64,000 bases of DNA from Bispira polyomma (lineage: Eukaryota). The stretch's first letter is position 1. Each line of letters opens with the position of its first letter. Of the stretch, positions 1 to 12,420 are shown one piece after another. The notes under the pieces are model-generated. The model searched no databases and was not told where the DNA came from. It saw nothing but the letters and a program-made list of their open reading frames with translations. Made by a program: the position numbers and the translations under genes. The stretch lies in NCBI GenBank assembly GCA_965649765.1, contig OZ287748.1:75082001-75146000 (forward strand), read 5' to 3'.

Positions 1-121
1 ACAGAAAAACAGATACCATTGACCAACTACCCTGTTCCAATTTCCTCTACCACTGAACTGCCTGTGTCATTATACGACACAAGACGTGTTAAAAGTGGCG
101 TAAAAACCCAAAACTAAACTG
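1..121 (+). mobile_element. 3' tail of a tRNA-derived SINE (truncated by window edge)
   Basis: tttcctctaccactgaactg...gtgttaaaagtggcgtaaaaacccaaaactaaact resembles the SINE tails at ~15880-15945 and ~39860-39910. Confidence 0.55.
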
Positions 122-158
122 ATTAGAATTCAGACTTTATGTATTGGCTATAACTTAC

Positions 159-389
159 CTGTCCCAAACCCATGATAAATCTCAGAGGAAGTATTAGATA
201 TGGGTGCAGTCTAGCAGCTGTTGGTATCAGAGTGTTGGCAACAATAGTCAGTAACATCCCTCCTTCCATGACGTATTTGCCTCCATATTTGGTGGCAAGC
301 CAACCACCTGGTACTTGAGTTATAATATAACCCCAGAAAAAGGCAGACAGCATCAATCCTTGGAGATGTTTTTGCCAGGCGAATTCCCC
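159..389 (-). CDS. SLC17 (sialin-like MFS anion transporter) paralog A, internal exon (GEFAWQKHLQGLMLSAFFWGYIITQVPGGWLA...RFIMGLGQ)
   Basis: cag|GGG acceptor at 392-390 and CAG|gtaagt donor at 158. 231 nt, the same length and phase as the paralog B exon 40682-40912. Carries the SLC17 signature SAFFWGYIITQVPGG. The gene continues left of the window. Confidence 0.93.
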
Positions 390-529
390 CTGTGAGATTC
401 ACATATACATAGTTGTTAGAATAAACTATTATCATAGGAGCAAAGTGTAAAGATGACATTAAATTGTGCTTTGGTCAAGTGAATTCTCTAATGGTATCAT
501 ATATATGTACATATATAGTCAACATATCA

Positions 530-763
530 GGGGCTGTATTCTCGAACAACTACTTAACTTAAAGTCATGCTCAACCTAAAACTGGATTCTTTATAACCAT
601 GGATATGGATAGTAAAGATATCCAAAATCTGACTTCATATTTGAAACTCTATTAACGAATGATCACAAGTATCAGGTAATTCCATGTACAAGGACTCGCA
701 TATAGCCTATATTTGATGAGGATGTATGAGTTTAGACATAAGTTTATTTCGAGAATACCAGCC
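530..763. mobile_element. MITE with GGGC-type termini (Harbinger-like), degenerate
   Basis: ggggctgtattctcgaa ... ttcgagaataccagccc inverted termini; a related left end occurs at ~6846. Confidence 0.5.
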
Positions 764-1499
764 CAGCAGTATAAAAGTATGTTCACGATAGTGTGTGCTT
801 TCATAATTTTCCGCCAAATTGTAAGCATGGAATAAATGGACTTCTTTAAACAGATTACCTACAGTATTTCTGAACCCATCTATCTGTCTGGGTCATTTGA
901 TGTCGATTTTACATTATATATCAATCTCACTGGGCCTTAAAATGCACTGGTTCGAAGATATAGTACAATGAAATTCTCAGACAGTTGCAATAAGTCTTTA
1001 TAACCTCCGTATAACTCCTCCAACTAAACTTTTGCCAGTATTTTATGATAAAGTACTCAGTATTTTACCAACACAGCAGTCAATGTGTACAGGTTATGGT
1101 TCATCATTGGTCTTCTCTCTTTGATAAATTATCAGTCACTAAGGCCCCAAATGGACCGAGTAATGGTACTCTATTATCAAAGAGAAAACATTAACATTAG
1201 GGACCCTCACCTGTACTCTGTGATATCTTGGCTAAAACCATGACTACGCATGCAGTGTATAACAGATGTTTAACCTAGGTTATTAAACCTGGTTATTTAT
1301 TTATTGCATTTTACCAATTGCACTAATTTGTGTCTGGGGATTATAACCATTAAATTTCTAGGCTAAATCAATCAATTTAGAAGCACGATACAGACGAATA
1401 GTAAACTAGTAAAAATTAATAATGAACTAATTAATATAACTCCATATATCAATACAATGTATATATTGAGTAGTATATTGTATGAGCTTTGCTTCTTAC

Positions 1500-1825
1500 A
1501 TCTTCCTGTGAGCTTTCTGCCATGAAGTCAATGCATAACCCTTCTCCTGGATCAATAAGACTACCAGTTGTATCGACCTCTGTAACTGGACGCCGTCCGA
1601 ACAGAAGCTCCGATTTATTGGTTTTGAGAATATATGCATCATAATCCAGTAGTGGCCACTCTGTCGATTGGTCATTGATCGCCGAGAAATTCCCCTTGGT
1701 CGGTTGTGACGTGCTGGTCATGCACATAATGGCAAAGCCAAAGTTGGCCCTGAGGAGGTATGCTACCGTAATTGCGAATGTGCCTTGGAACGCCAGGGAT
1801 AACCTTGCTGAGAGACACATTGGAG
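1500..1825 (-). CDS. SLC17 paralog A, TM1/loop-1 exon (PMCLSARLSLAFQG...YLLRANFGFAIMCM...ESSQED)
   Basis: Pyrimidine-rich tgcag| acceptor at 1828-1826 and GAT|gtaaga donor at 1499. Phase 0 join to exon 159-389. SLC17 TM1 motif Y-x-L-R-x-N. Homologous to 42038-42324. Confidence 0.88.
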
Positions 1826-4800
1826 CTGCATAGAAACAAGAGAGAGAAAAATGGATCAATACACAGTATTATGGTAATAGGGTATTACAACTATGCATTA
1901 CGCTGGAAAGACAGAGTTTGCATATTTTTGCATCTATCAATAAAGGTTGTTTGTGTTTTTTCCCCAGCTAATGGTGTTGGACGGTGAAGGCCATGTTTGT
2001 GTTGATGTTGTTTTTTTGCCTGCTGAGCACGTGGTATATTGTAGATCCATGTAGCCTCCAATTTTCACTGACTTCCCTTTTATTGTGGGGGTCTTATAAT
2101 GAAACTCTAGTGGTCAGAATTGTTTGGTCCACACCAGGCTTACAGTAGTTTCGAATTTCAAAGTTATATACATATGTGCTTTATTCACAGTATAATATTC
2201 AGTTGTTTTATATGTTAGATAACGTAACGCGAATTACGATTTATATGACACAACTTAAACTTGCTTGTTTCGTACAAGATACAAAACTTACATATAGAAT
2301 TGATAGAAATGATAGAATTAGTTATTACTATAATTTGATACATGTACCGACATCTGTGTGACATGGAATTACACTGTTATAAAACCTTAATTTAAATATT
2401 TTTTAATCCTACTTTGCTAAGCCCAAAGCTTAGATTGTCTATTGCAAATTAATTGCGTGGTATGCTTTATGTCAATTGCAAAAGTATTCAAACTTAAAAG
2501 TATTTAAACCACTAACCCTTTTCATACTCCATGGCTTCCTTTTCTTTGGTTGGCATGTTGATCTAATTTAAAAACATTCACTATAATAAACAACAAAATG
2601 TGTATTTTCCACAGTATTTACACATCCATGTAAACCTTCCTTTGTGTCAAGAATGATAAAATAATATATAAAAGTATCTCTCTTTAAAATGTATCTTTAT
2701 CATATAACATCCATTCAACTTGAAACTTCTTTGCAGAAAAAAAGGAGAATATTTCTTTTTTTGTTCACAATTTCTGCTGCCCAGATATATCTGTTTTTGT
2801 TTATGTATCTCTTGTCATCCTTTGAACAAAAATCAGGATCTTTCTACTCGTTTATATACCATATTACTCAATGACGAGTCTTGACGACAATGAATTGGTA
2901 TGGATAATAAGCATTCATTCCACATAGACCTTAAGTGCCCAATGCTACCAATGGTCACAAATTGTAAACAAAGAGCCCACGTGCTCTAGCACCAAAGAAC
3001 CAAGAGGTTAAGTCCTCTGACGCAGAATATTCATTCATTTGCATAAATCTGCATGCAACATGCTAAATAGCCTGCATTTAGCACTGCATGCGTAGCCTTG
3101 CCTAGCCTGTTTACGACATTAGTGGGGGGGGGGGGGGGGGGGGGGGCACAACATGTGCAGGGAAAATACTAACATGCGAATGATAAAATGTTATTCTCTT
3201 CACTTTCAGATACACAGGTCTACTTAAATGACACTCTTAATACACTTTTGGATCGGCATGAAGGTTATGGGTTCTACAATTTTATTACCCTTAAAATGCA
3301 TAAATTGGGTGAATTTTATTAATTTATTTTTGTTTTTGTATTTCAAACCACAAAACGACTTGTTTATTGGCCAATTGTCCGTTGATAATGCGAGTTTCTA
3401 GCGAGTTAAGTGTTTTGTAGAGAAAATGCCCTGATAATTGTAACACTGTTGATAATAGTTACAGTGTCACTTTATACAAGGCTTGTAATGCTAGCATTTT
3501 ATTATTATTTTTTTCATTTTAAGACACAGCAACTGTATTGTAGTCAATATGTAATCAAGTATAGAATCCAGATATCTTTTATTATAGTTTGCTGCAACCG
3601 ATTACAATATGTAAAATATATTAGCTATAGACACATTATGTAAAACGTTACATTACTAAAATAGTACTGGTCGTTGCTGTTTGGTAAAGTCATTTGGTAA
3701 AGTTTCAGAGGATGTGTAATTTCTTTCTTTCATTAAGAGACTAAATGTATAACATGCATTATCCATCAGTGGCATACTTTTCCCACGTGATAGTAGAAAC
3801 AATGGGATCTAGTTCACTACTGTAAGGAGGTCAGTAAACTATCAAGGAAATATATTCTAGTCACAAGGCCACATAACAAACCCCATGGCACCTCTTCCCC
3901 AAAGGGTTACCCCCATATCCTACAATCTACTCCTGGAGAGACTTGGGGATGTAGGCCAGTAAATGTTAAAATATCTCCAAAAATCCTTGCTGGGGATTTA
4001 GCAGACTGCCTCCCATTTCTATTGCTTTTCATGTGTGCACAATGAACATCTTTGAAAATCAGGAATCTGGTTCCTATGTTTGCCCTCCTCTAACTCTAAC
4101 ATAACCATTAACAGTACATGCAATGTTATAAAGAGTTGGTAGTAAAGTCCAAGTTAGTTTGAAGTAATAAAGTTAAAAAATTGTTGACAAAATAATACAT
4201 CTTTTGAGGTGTTTGTGTTCTCCAAGAGATCTAAAACATACTTGTGATGTCATTTTTTTTTACAAGAATTCACATTTGTTTTCTGTTAAACATTTTGATG
4301 AAAAGTATATGTTCGTTTTCCGAATCCACACTTTTCCAGATGCATGAAAGTCATTTATGACAAATGCATTACTGGACGAGGTAAAAAAAATAGTCAAGAC
4401 AAATGCTCAACAAATATACCATATTAAAATATATTTAAAACATATTAAAATAAACGATTTTGCATTTTTTTGTATATTCTTTTCCTTGCTTGTATAAGAT
4501 TAGATATACCTATTCCAGACATACATATTCCAGTTATTTCTATTGTTAGTGCCACTGTTTTTTATATAAAGTTCAACCCACCAATAATATCAATTGGTCT
4601 GAATATTGATGGCCCCTATATCTTGAGATTTCACATTTTGAAATCAAACTATTGTTTCTCTTGCATGCTACCAAAAACTTAATTCTGCAAAATCTATCAT
4701 TGAAAATTCACTATATAAATCATAAAATGGCAAGCTTGAAAATGAAAGAGTAATGTAAATATTCGGTACTATTCTAAATAAAACTACAATGCCTAATTTT

Positions 4801-4871
4801 TTACAGATATTACAGCTGGGGAAAGACTATAATCAGAAGGGATTCATTCTTGTGTGGTCTACTTAGTGCAC

Positions 4872-4965
4872 CTGGAAGTAACGCAATACACGAACACGTG
4901 TATTTTTTGTGTTGTACACGAGTAATGAACCACAAACAGAATGGCTCCATCTTCGCCTCTTCCAT
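4872..4965 (-). CDS. Candidate first coding exon of SLC17 paralog A (MEEAKMEPFCLW...ALLP)
   Basis: tttttcag acceptor at 4982-4980, ATG at 4965, 94 nt ending CCA G|gt. Phase 1 matches the acceptor at 1825. The donor (gtgcac) is weak and there is no homology support. Confidence 0.25.
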
Positions 4966-7848
4966 TAAATTAAATCTTTCTGAAAAACAACATACATCTG
5001 AATTTAAGCACGATATATATGGTGTTTAATCTACAAAAGTTTGGCGTATAAATATCAAGAACTTTGGTACGGATAATAATTTAGTAGTATACAAATATAT
5101 GACAAATGTTATTGTAAATTTCTAAGACCAGAATTACTGGAAGTAGAAAGTATGGTCTTGTTTTGGGTCACGTGAGTCGTGACGTGCATCATCCTTGTAT
5201 ATGTCATGATTTCCCGCCTTCTTGGCAGACTAGAGTATTATTATACAAACTAAATACTGACAGATGTACAATTATTAATGTGTTGTGATTTTATTTAATA
5301 CTCTGTTTAGGAAATAAAGAACATCTCTGTTTATTGGAGTTTTAGATAGTTTGAAATGGGGATTTTTTGTATATGCCTTGAATTTAAGAGTGAAAGATTT
5401 TTCACGTTTGACTTTCAAAGTCTCACTTTTCTTGTTGAATCTATTGTATTTATATATTTATCTACCTTTATCAAAATGCTAAATGAACCTTTTCTAGACT
5501 GTCCAACTATGATATTCAGTATAGTAAACACTTATTTTAAAATGTTAACCAAAAATACTGACAAGTTTCTATTTGATTGTGTTAACAAAAAACGCTATAC
5601 TTATATGAACCCGAAAACAATATCTGCAATATGGGGATTAAGTTCCTACTACTTAAATGCTTATTTGTAAATTATTTTTTTTTAAATAATGGACACAGGG
5701 GCGTGTGTGAACCTTGTATAGGTATCTTGCTCTGACGTAAATAGTGGGCATGGGCAATGGCGGACAATGACCTCTACTTCATGGTGTTGTTTTAATAAAA
5801 AATATTTATCACTTTATTTATTGCTATACTTTAAAATGTTATTAACTTTGTCAGAAATGACTCCTCCCAACTTTGTTGAAAAGAAAAGATCTAATGAAAT
5901 AACCCTTTGCTTACACAAACACAGAATCAATGCCATTTTGATATTTAAACTATAATTTACCATCAATAAACATTTTACCCCATATTGTCGCCAGGCACCA
6001 TGCAGTGAAACCTGGTCGAATTATGACAAGGTGGTTCACATAGCCTTGTCAATGGCTCTTATTCATCAGGAGATTGTGTTATTGAACCATTATCTAGTAG
6101 AAAGGATTGAGGCCAAAAGTGGTCTCAGTTAAGACAAAATTTCAAGTTTGTATTCACAAAAAGTAGCAAGGCTTGAAACAGTTGTAACTTTGGGACCAAA
6201 TCTGAGAATAAATTTGATCCCAAATCTTTTATGAATATCTATCCATCCTAAGGCTGTTTTTTCTTTCAAAGTAAAAAGCAAACATTGAGATGTGAAACAT
6301 AATTTAGACTTAGCCACTTCTGTGAATATCGCCCCAGAAGATTGAGTTATTGAACTAATATCTAGTATGAGGGATTTGAAATGCAACTAAAGAGAGATGT
6401 TTGAGGGTGACAATTTATTAACTGTCCCAAAATTCTTTAACTTGTCACAGGGTATAGAACTTGAGAGAACATCACATTGTGTCTGTACGAGTTGAATTCG
6501 AATTTAGTTTGGTTTCACATAGCTTTTAACAGATTAGGTCATATCACACGAATGGCCAGATTCAATGGTGGAAGAAACCAGTGCTGAAACACTATAATTA
6601 AAGCTACAGCAAGTACCCAACGAGCTTTCCCACCTGAAGGAACAAAACAGGATTTGAACCCACATTGGTGAGAGGCCAGTGATTTTGAAGCAGGCACTTC
6701 TAACCACGAGGTGTTTCTGTTTTGTATGAGAGAAAATGGTTAATTTATTGAGTTGTTTGTGGTTAGCTTTGTGTTTGCTAGCTTTTCTGTTGCTAGCTTT
6801 GTGTTTGTTGCTAGCTTTTGCTGCTGCATATTGTGATGAAAGTCCAGGGCTAGTATTTTCGAACGTATACTCAGTTTAAACTTATACTCATATCCAAAGT
6901 CTAAAACTTAAAGTCATGCTGAAACTTAACTAACACATATAGAAGTCCGATATTAAAGAGATTAACCTAAACATGCTACCCGTTAGCTTTCAGTGACAAA
7001 TTCAAACATGTCTTCACGTTTTATGTATCTTACTTGTGGAAACAGACACATCACAGGACATATTTAGAAATTTATTGTGAGGTTTAAGTTCGCGACTTTT
7101 GATAAATACAGGTACAGATAAATTGGACCAAAGTTTATCTCGCAAAATGTGTTCGAATACATCCACCCATTAAACGTTACATTTGACAATATCGCCTGAA
7201 TATAGAATATGGAAATTAAGTGCAATATTTAGTAGCCGAAGTATATAATTAATTCAACAATAAATGTGTAAGGTAGCCCGAAGGGGCTAGCAAGGTCAGT
7301 GCTAGTAAGACCTTTTATTAAAACCATTCTTGTCCTGGTGAACCCAGAAATGATTGGTGCTAATTAACCCAATTAAGGCAAGAACTCCCGCCAAATAGCC
7401 TAAGGGGTTCATTATTAAGCTAAAAGTCAACAAGGCAGGACGCCATTTTTAAATATATACATTTTGTTTTTACTTGTGTGTTTCTTGGACTTTAATGTAA
7501 TAACCTGAAACCGAATCAGCAAGGAATGTACTAGATGACCAACTGAAGGCTCAGCCATCCTACTGGAGTGTTTCTAGGAATCAAATGCTTTGATAAATGC
7601 GAATATTGCTCTGGCTTTATTGTGGGGGCAACTTGTGAAGGGACGTTCTCAGTTCATTAATATCTAATCGTCTTCTAAACTATATTATCAAAACCACAAG
7701 CCCAAATATCTGCAATTATCAAAGCACGATTCTGTATATTATCTTTCAGTGAAATTAGATATAAACATTTATAGTGGGAGGACTATAAACCCATGGAACT
7801 TTGGACTAGAAACTGTAATAAGGTAACTCTATATGAACTGCACGAGGG

Positions 7849-8827
7849 ATGGCACCCCGTAAACTGAAGATAATGCTAGTGACTCTGCTCTGTCGGCAGC
7901 TGAGGTAAACTTGAGAATACTCCAAGAGCTGAAAGATCTAGGAAAAGCAGGATGTTGAAAGTTGAAAAGAGGGTGGAAACTGATGGACAGTCTAAAGTTA
8001 ATCCCGTTCAGAGAGCATCAGCTGTACCTGTAATAAACAAACATTCACTCTCAAATGCTCAGTCAACGAGCCAACCTCAGCCAGTTAACCCCTTGCACAC
8101 GACAGATTATAGCAGGCAGCAGACCCGCTGGACCACAGACTTAGATGACCTTGTGGTACCATCACTCCAGACCCTCAGGCAGTCGGATCAACTACAGAGA
8201 GCTGTTGACACCAGACTGAAGGACTTACAACGGATGAACCAAACAGGTAATTTCAAGTCACAAAGGGGGGGAACAGAGACTGTCTGGGTCAGGCAGCAAG
8301 TACCATGGCCACAAAACTTTATTTTGGGCGGACAAACTAAAACTCGTATGTCATACGACAATTTGTCGATGGCGCAATGTGTATCTGGATTTAGTACCAT
8401 AATAAGGGAAGAAACTAACCTCGAGGTAAAAAACGCAATGCTTGAATATATGTCTGAGGTAATGGAAGATTGCCACGACTTTGGTTGGAATGCTGCCAAA
8501 GGCAGCCATGCTGTCCTCCTGTGTAAGATGGAGGAGGGCAAGGCGAATTGGCTCGAAACCCAAAAAATTGACAGAATTCGGCGAGCTCATGCTCAAAGGG
8601 GATCAAATTTGCATGGTTTTTCACATTCCCAGGGTCAAAACAAAAGTAACAGTAAAAAAGGTATGCCGTGTATTTATTTTCAGAAAGGTACATGTCCTCA
8701 AAAAGGGGACCATGACACGGCTGGTAGATTGTATTCCCATGTTTGTGCAACTTGCTCTGCTCTAGGCAAAAATCTCCCACATTCGGAAAAAGATTGCAGA
8801 AGAAAAAACAATGCAAAAAACGAGTAA
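7849..8827 (+). pseudogene. Gag-like ORF of YR retrotransposon with C-terminal Cys/His finger
   Basis: ORF 7952-8827 ends in CIYFQKGTC...H...HVCATC...H...C. The upstream ATG at 7849 (MAPRK) and the coiled segment ILQELKDLG connect to it only via frameshifts. Confidence 0.75.
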
Positions 8828-11121
8828 GGCACTGCAAAACGGCAGTGCCACTCAAGATTTACAATAAGACTGACAGATGTAGTGACTATCAGAGCAGACC
8901 ACGTTTCACCTCTGTAAGAAACATTTACAATTCTCATGTATATAATGGTAGGAGTGACAACTGGAGAGCAGACTGGGCCAGGTTTGTACATAAATCCTAT
9001 GCACAAGTTGTGCAGCAAAACCCCCTAAATGTCATTAAAACCAACAGCCAAATTCAAGTCGAAACAGACAAAAACAACAAAAGGTTAGGGAAAGTCAAAA
9101 CTCTCCCCAGCAGTCACCCTAATAGTGTGTATATTGTAAATAAAAATAAATGTGTACTGTCAGATTCTACTAGCCCATTCAGAGCTAGAAATGTGTGTAG
9201 CCAAAAAGGTGTCGAATATAAAACAGCATTGTGTGCTAGGTCCACAGTAGAATCAAATACTAAGGGTGAAAAGGTTGACAAATCCTTTACTGGTAAAATA
9301 CCAATCAAGCAACACAATAGAGTCAAGCTCCGCAACCGATTTGACCCCCTTGTATCTGTCATTGAGTGTGATATCCCTGAATGTGACACTCGTGTTGCTA
9401 TTAGCCCATTACACAAAGGCAAAATAATCACTCATTCTGCTGACACACACGAGGATAAATACAACCTTCAATTACAAGTAAAACCTCGGCATAGGGAAAT
9501 ACTAGCCAAGGCTAAAACTGATGAAACTTTTCAAAAATAGAACAGTCAAAATCGGGCCAAATTTGGTTATATTCCTCTGGGGCCATTAAAAAACCCATAA
9601 CTGATCAGGAAAATGAGCATAATTTTTCAGCTCTGCAGCTCCACAAAGAAATAAAAGACAGCAATAAATTCAATTTTATGAACAAGCAATTCACTGTCGA
9701 ATCGGAACTGAACCACGTGCGCTGAAACGAACTCCTAAAGGGTTATTGGGACACCCAATTACCGTTTTTAATCCAGTATGGTTTTCCCCTTGACTTTGAT
9801 AGGATTTGTAAATTAGCACATAAAGATCAAAATCACCACTCGGCGTGTGAGTTCACAGATGACGTTAAAGCTTACCTAACTGAAGAGAAAAATCATGGTG
9901 CCATATTAGGCCCTTTTAAAGAACCCCCGATCAAGGATTTACATATATCCCCGTTTATGACAAGGGAAAAACCTGGCGCCCCTCACAGAAGGGTTATTAT
10001 AGATTTAAGCTTTCCTCGGGGTCAATCAGTTAACGCAGCTATACGTCCAAATCAATACCTTGGCTCAGAATTTCTGTTAACACTTCCCACATTGACGACG
10101 TCACCAACAACATCATAAAACTGGGTAGAAATGCCCTGATCTATAAGCTAGACATAAGTCGTGATTTTCGCCACGTTAAGCTAGATCCAGCGGAGTACCC
10201 AGCAGTGCCTACCATTTGGCTACAGGCACGGAAGTGCTATTTTCCAGCACCTCAGTGACGCAATGCGTTTCATAATGCGCGTCAGAGGTTATGACGTCGT
10301 CAACTATATCAATGACGTCATTGGGTACGGCAACGCACCTGACGTCCATGGCGCCTATAAAACTTTACAGGAACTGGTCAAAGATCTAGGTTTTGCGATT
10401 AGTGCAAAAAAGCTCGTGCCTCCGACCAGCAGAGTAACTTGTCTTGGAGTCCTTATTGACGCAAAAAACTTTACAGTGGAAGTTCCACCTGAAAAATTAA
10501 GCCTAATTATTCAAATATGCGACACCTGGGCAGATAAAAAGCATTGCTCCAAAAGAGAATTACAATCACTGCTGGGCTCGCTTCTCTACATATCCAAGTG
10601 CGTAAGGATCTAAATTGGTTCACAAAATTTGTAGGCAAATTCAATGGCAAAGCATTCTTTGACCATAGCCCGGTCACTGACCATATTGAGCTAGACGCAT
10701 GTTTAACAGGTCTGGGTGGCAGATGTAATAACATAGTGTACACAAAGGAACTTCCTCTCAATTACCTAGAGATGACCATAGTGCATCTAGAAATGCTGAA
10801 TATATTGGTAGCCCTCAGAGTGTGGCAAGATATATGGCAAGGCAAAAAACTGGTCATTCATTGTGATAACCAATTCTGAACTCAGGCAAAACCAGAGATC
10901 TAACCCTGGCAGCAATTGCACGCAACATTTTTATGGAAGTAGCCAAAGCTGACATTAATATCAGGCCGGTCCACATCTTAGGCAAACTTAATGTAACAGC
11001 AGATCTGTTATCTAGGTGGCACAAGGTTATTCACCCAGAAAATATATTACAGCAATTAGTAACAGAACCATGCTGGGTGACTGTCCCAGATCAAATGTTG
11101 GCAATTGACTGGAGTATATAA
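8743..11121 (+). pseudogene. Reverse transcriptase-RNase H (pol) of YR retrotransposon, disrupted
   Basis: RT motifs LIQYGFPLDF, HGAILGPF, ISPFMTREK, RRVIIDLSFP, YKLDISR.FRH, LPFG, and YINDVIG (YxDD mutated). RNase H motifs LDACLTGLGG, HLEMLNILVAL, HCDN, NVTADLLSR. Stops at 9540 and later, plus frameshifts and deletions. Confidence 0.88.
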
Positions 11122-11131
11122 TTTATTTCAG

Positions 11132-12121
11132 ATTTACCTCCCTTGGTGTGTCGGCTAGCAGGGCAAGCGGCTCACACAGCCCATCAGGCTTTCAGGCCTG
11201 CCACTCAGCAGGCCTACCAAAATATGTTCAAGGTTTTCATGGCTTACACAGTATTTGTAGGTGTCGATTTGACACAGATTTCAGTTTTATTTGTTCTTTC
11301 ATTTCTGCAGGTTCTATTAGCCAGTAAAGTATCCCAGCCATCAATTGCCAACTATTTGGCCGCTATAAAAGCAAAGCTTAGCCTATATGGCATTGACACA
11401 AGTCCATTTGCAGATCCACGTATAAAATACTTTCAAAAAGCAATGATTCTACAAAGACCTTTCAAAGCTAAAATCAATAAAGTCATTGACATCTCGCTGC
11501 TAACTCAAATAGTACAGACCTGTGATTCAATGTACATGGGCCAGGTGTTTAAGGCAGCCTATCTACTAGCCTTTTTTTTCCTTTCTAAGAATTTCTAACC
11601 TGGTCCCACACACGGTGGCTACCTACAATCCGCTAGAACAGTTGGCCAGGGCTGATGTGTTATTTGCACCCCCGGGGCTTCAACTTATTATTAAGTGGTC
11701 CAAGACTCTTCAAAACAGAAATTTAATCAAAATTCTTAAAGTTCCGCGTATACACAACTCAGTCTTGTGCCCAGTGGCAGCCATAAGAAACCTTCTTGCC
11801 ATTTGTCCAGGCTCAAATAATTCACCTCTGTTTCAGTTTAAGGCAGTAAATGGATGGATGCCTCTCACGGATTCAAAACTAAGACATAACCTAAAGCAAA
11901 TTTTGTCAAGACTTAGTCTAAATCACTCCCCAATTGCCTTTCATGATTTCAGACGATCAGGGGCCACCCTGGCTTTCAACAACCATGTCCCTCTCCAAGA
12001 AATTCAAAGCCATGGCACTTGGACATCTGAGTGTGTCTGGAAATACATAACAACAGATCATAACGCCTCAGACCAAGTAGCCCTGGCTTTTCAAAATTTG
12101 CTTTCTCTCCCTACTTTCTAA
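11132..12121 (+). pseudogene. Tyrosine recombinase (integrase) of the retrotransposon, frameshifted in the T-run at ~11572-11579
   Basis: N-terminal AFRPATQQAY..., catalytic R region (LRISNL across the frameshift), WSKT, HDFRRSGAT, HGTWTS...KY. The frame opens without an ATG directly after a tttatttcag acceptor. Confidence 0.88.
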
Positions 12122-12235
12122 GTTGGGTTTGGTGTTGTTTTTACTTGAAAATATACATAAAATAATATACTCATGTTATCAAGGCTAAGCCCTCCTGTAT
12201 CACAAACTCAAAACTGAAAAAAAAATAAAAACTCT

Positions 12236-12420
12236 ATTTAAGGTTACCCTAAACTTAAAACACCATCTTCAAGTTAAGATGGCCTTAAACTCAAACTTGG
12301 CATCTTAAATTAAGATGACCTTATACTCGGAAACTTAATCTCACGTTAGGGTAACCTTAACTTAAAACTTTTAACTTAATCTCAGTTTAAGCTGTCGCTT
12401 ATGACAACCTTAAACCTGGT
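12236..12420. repeat. Cluster of nested palindromes
   Basis: ttaaggttaccctaa (~12238) and ttagggtaaccttaa (~12346) are inverted copies enclosing ccatcttcaagttaagatgg and catcttaaattaagatg hairpins. Confidence 0.7.

Larger units (their letters stand above)
7260..12200 (+). mobile_element. Degenerate tyrosine-recombinase retrotransposon (DIRS order, Ngaro/PAT-like): gag, RT-RNaseH, YR
   Basis: Overlapping gag/pol ORFs followed by a YR. No DDE integrase or protease is seen. Multiple stops and frameshifts. Terminal repeats could not be identified, so boundaries are approximate. Confidence 0.88.

Noticed and set aside
2855-2905. Hammerhead-ribozyme-like core (atgacgagtcttgacgacaa)
   Set aside because: The CUGANGA and GAAA catalytic boxes are both mismatched and no stem I/III with a cleavage triplet was found. 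More likely a small palindromic repeat.
3124-3146. Long poly-G/C tracts (also ~29254 and ~32225) as G-quadruplex elements
   Set aside because: Pure homopolymers, mostly inside repeats, with unreliable length and no supporting context.
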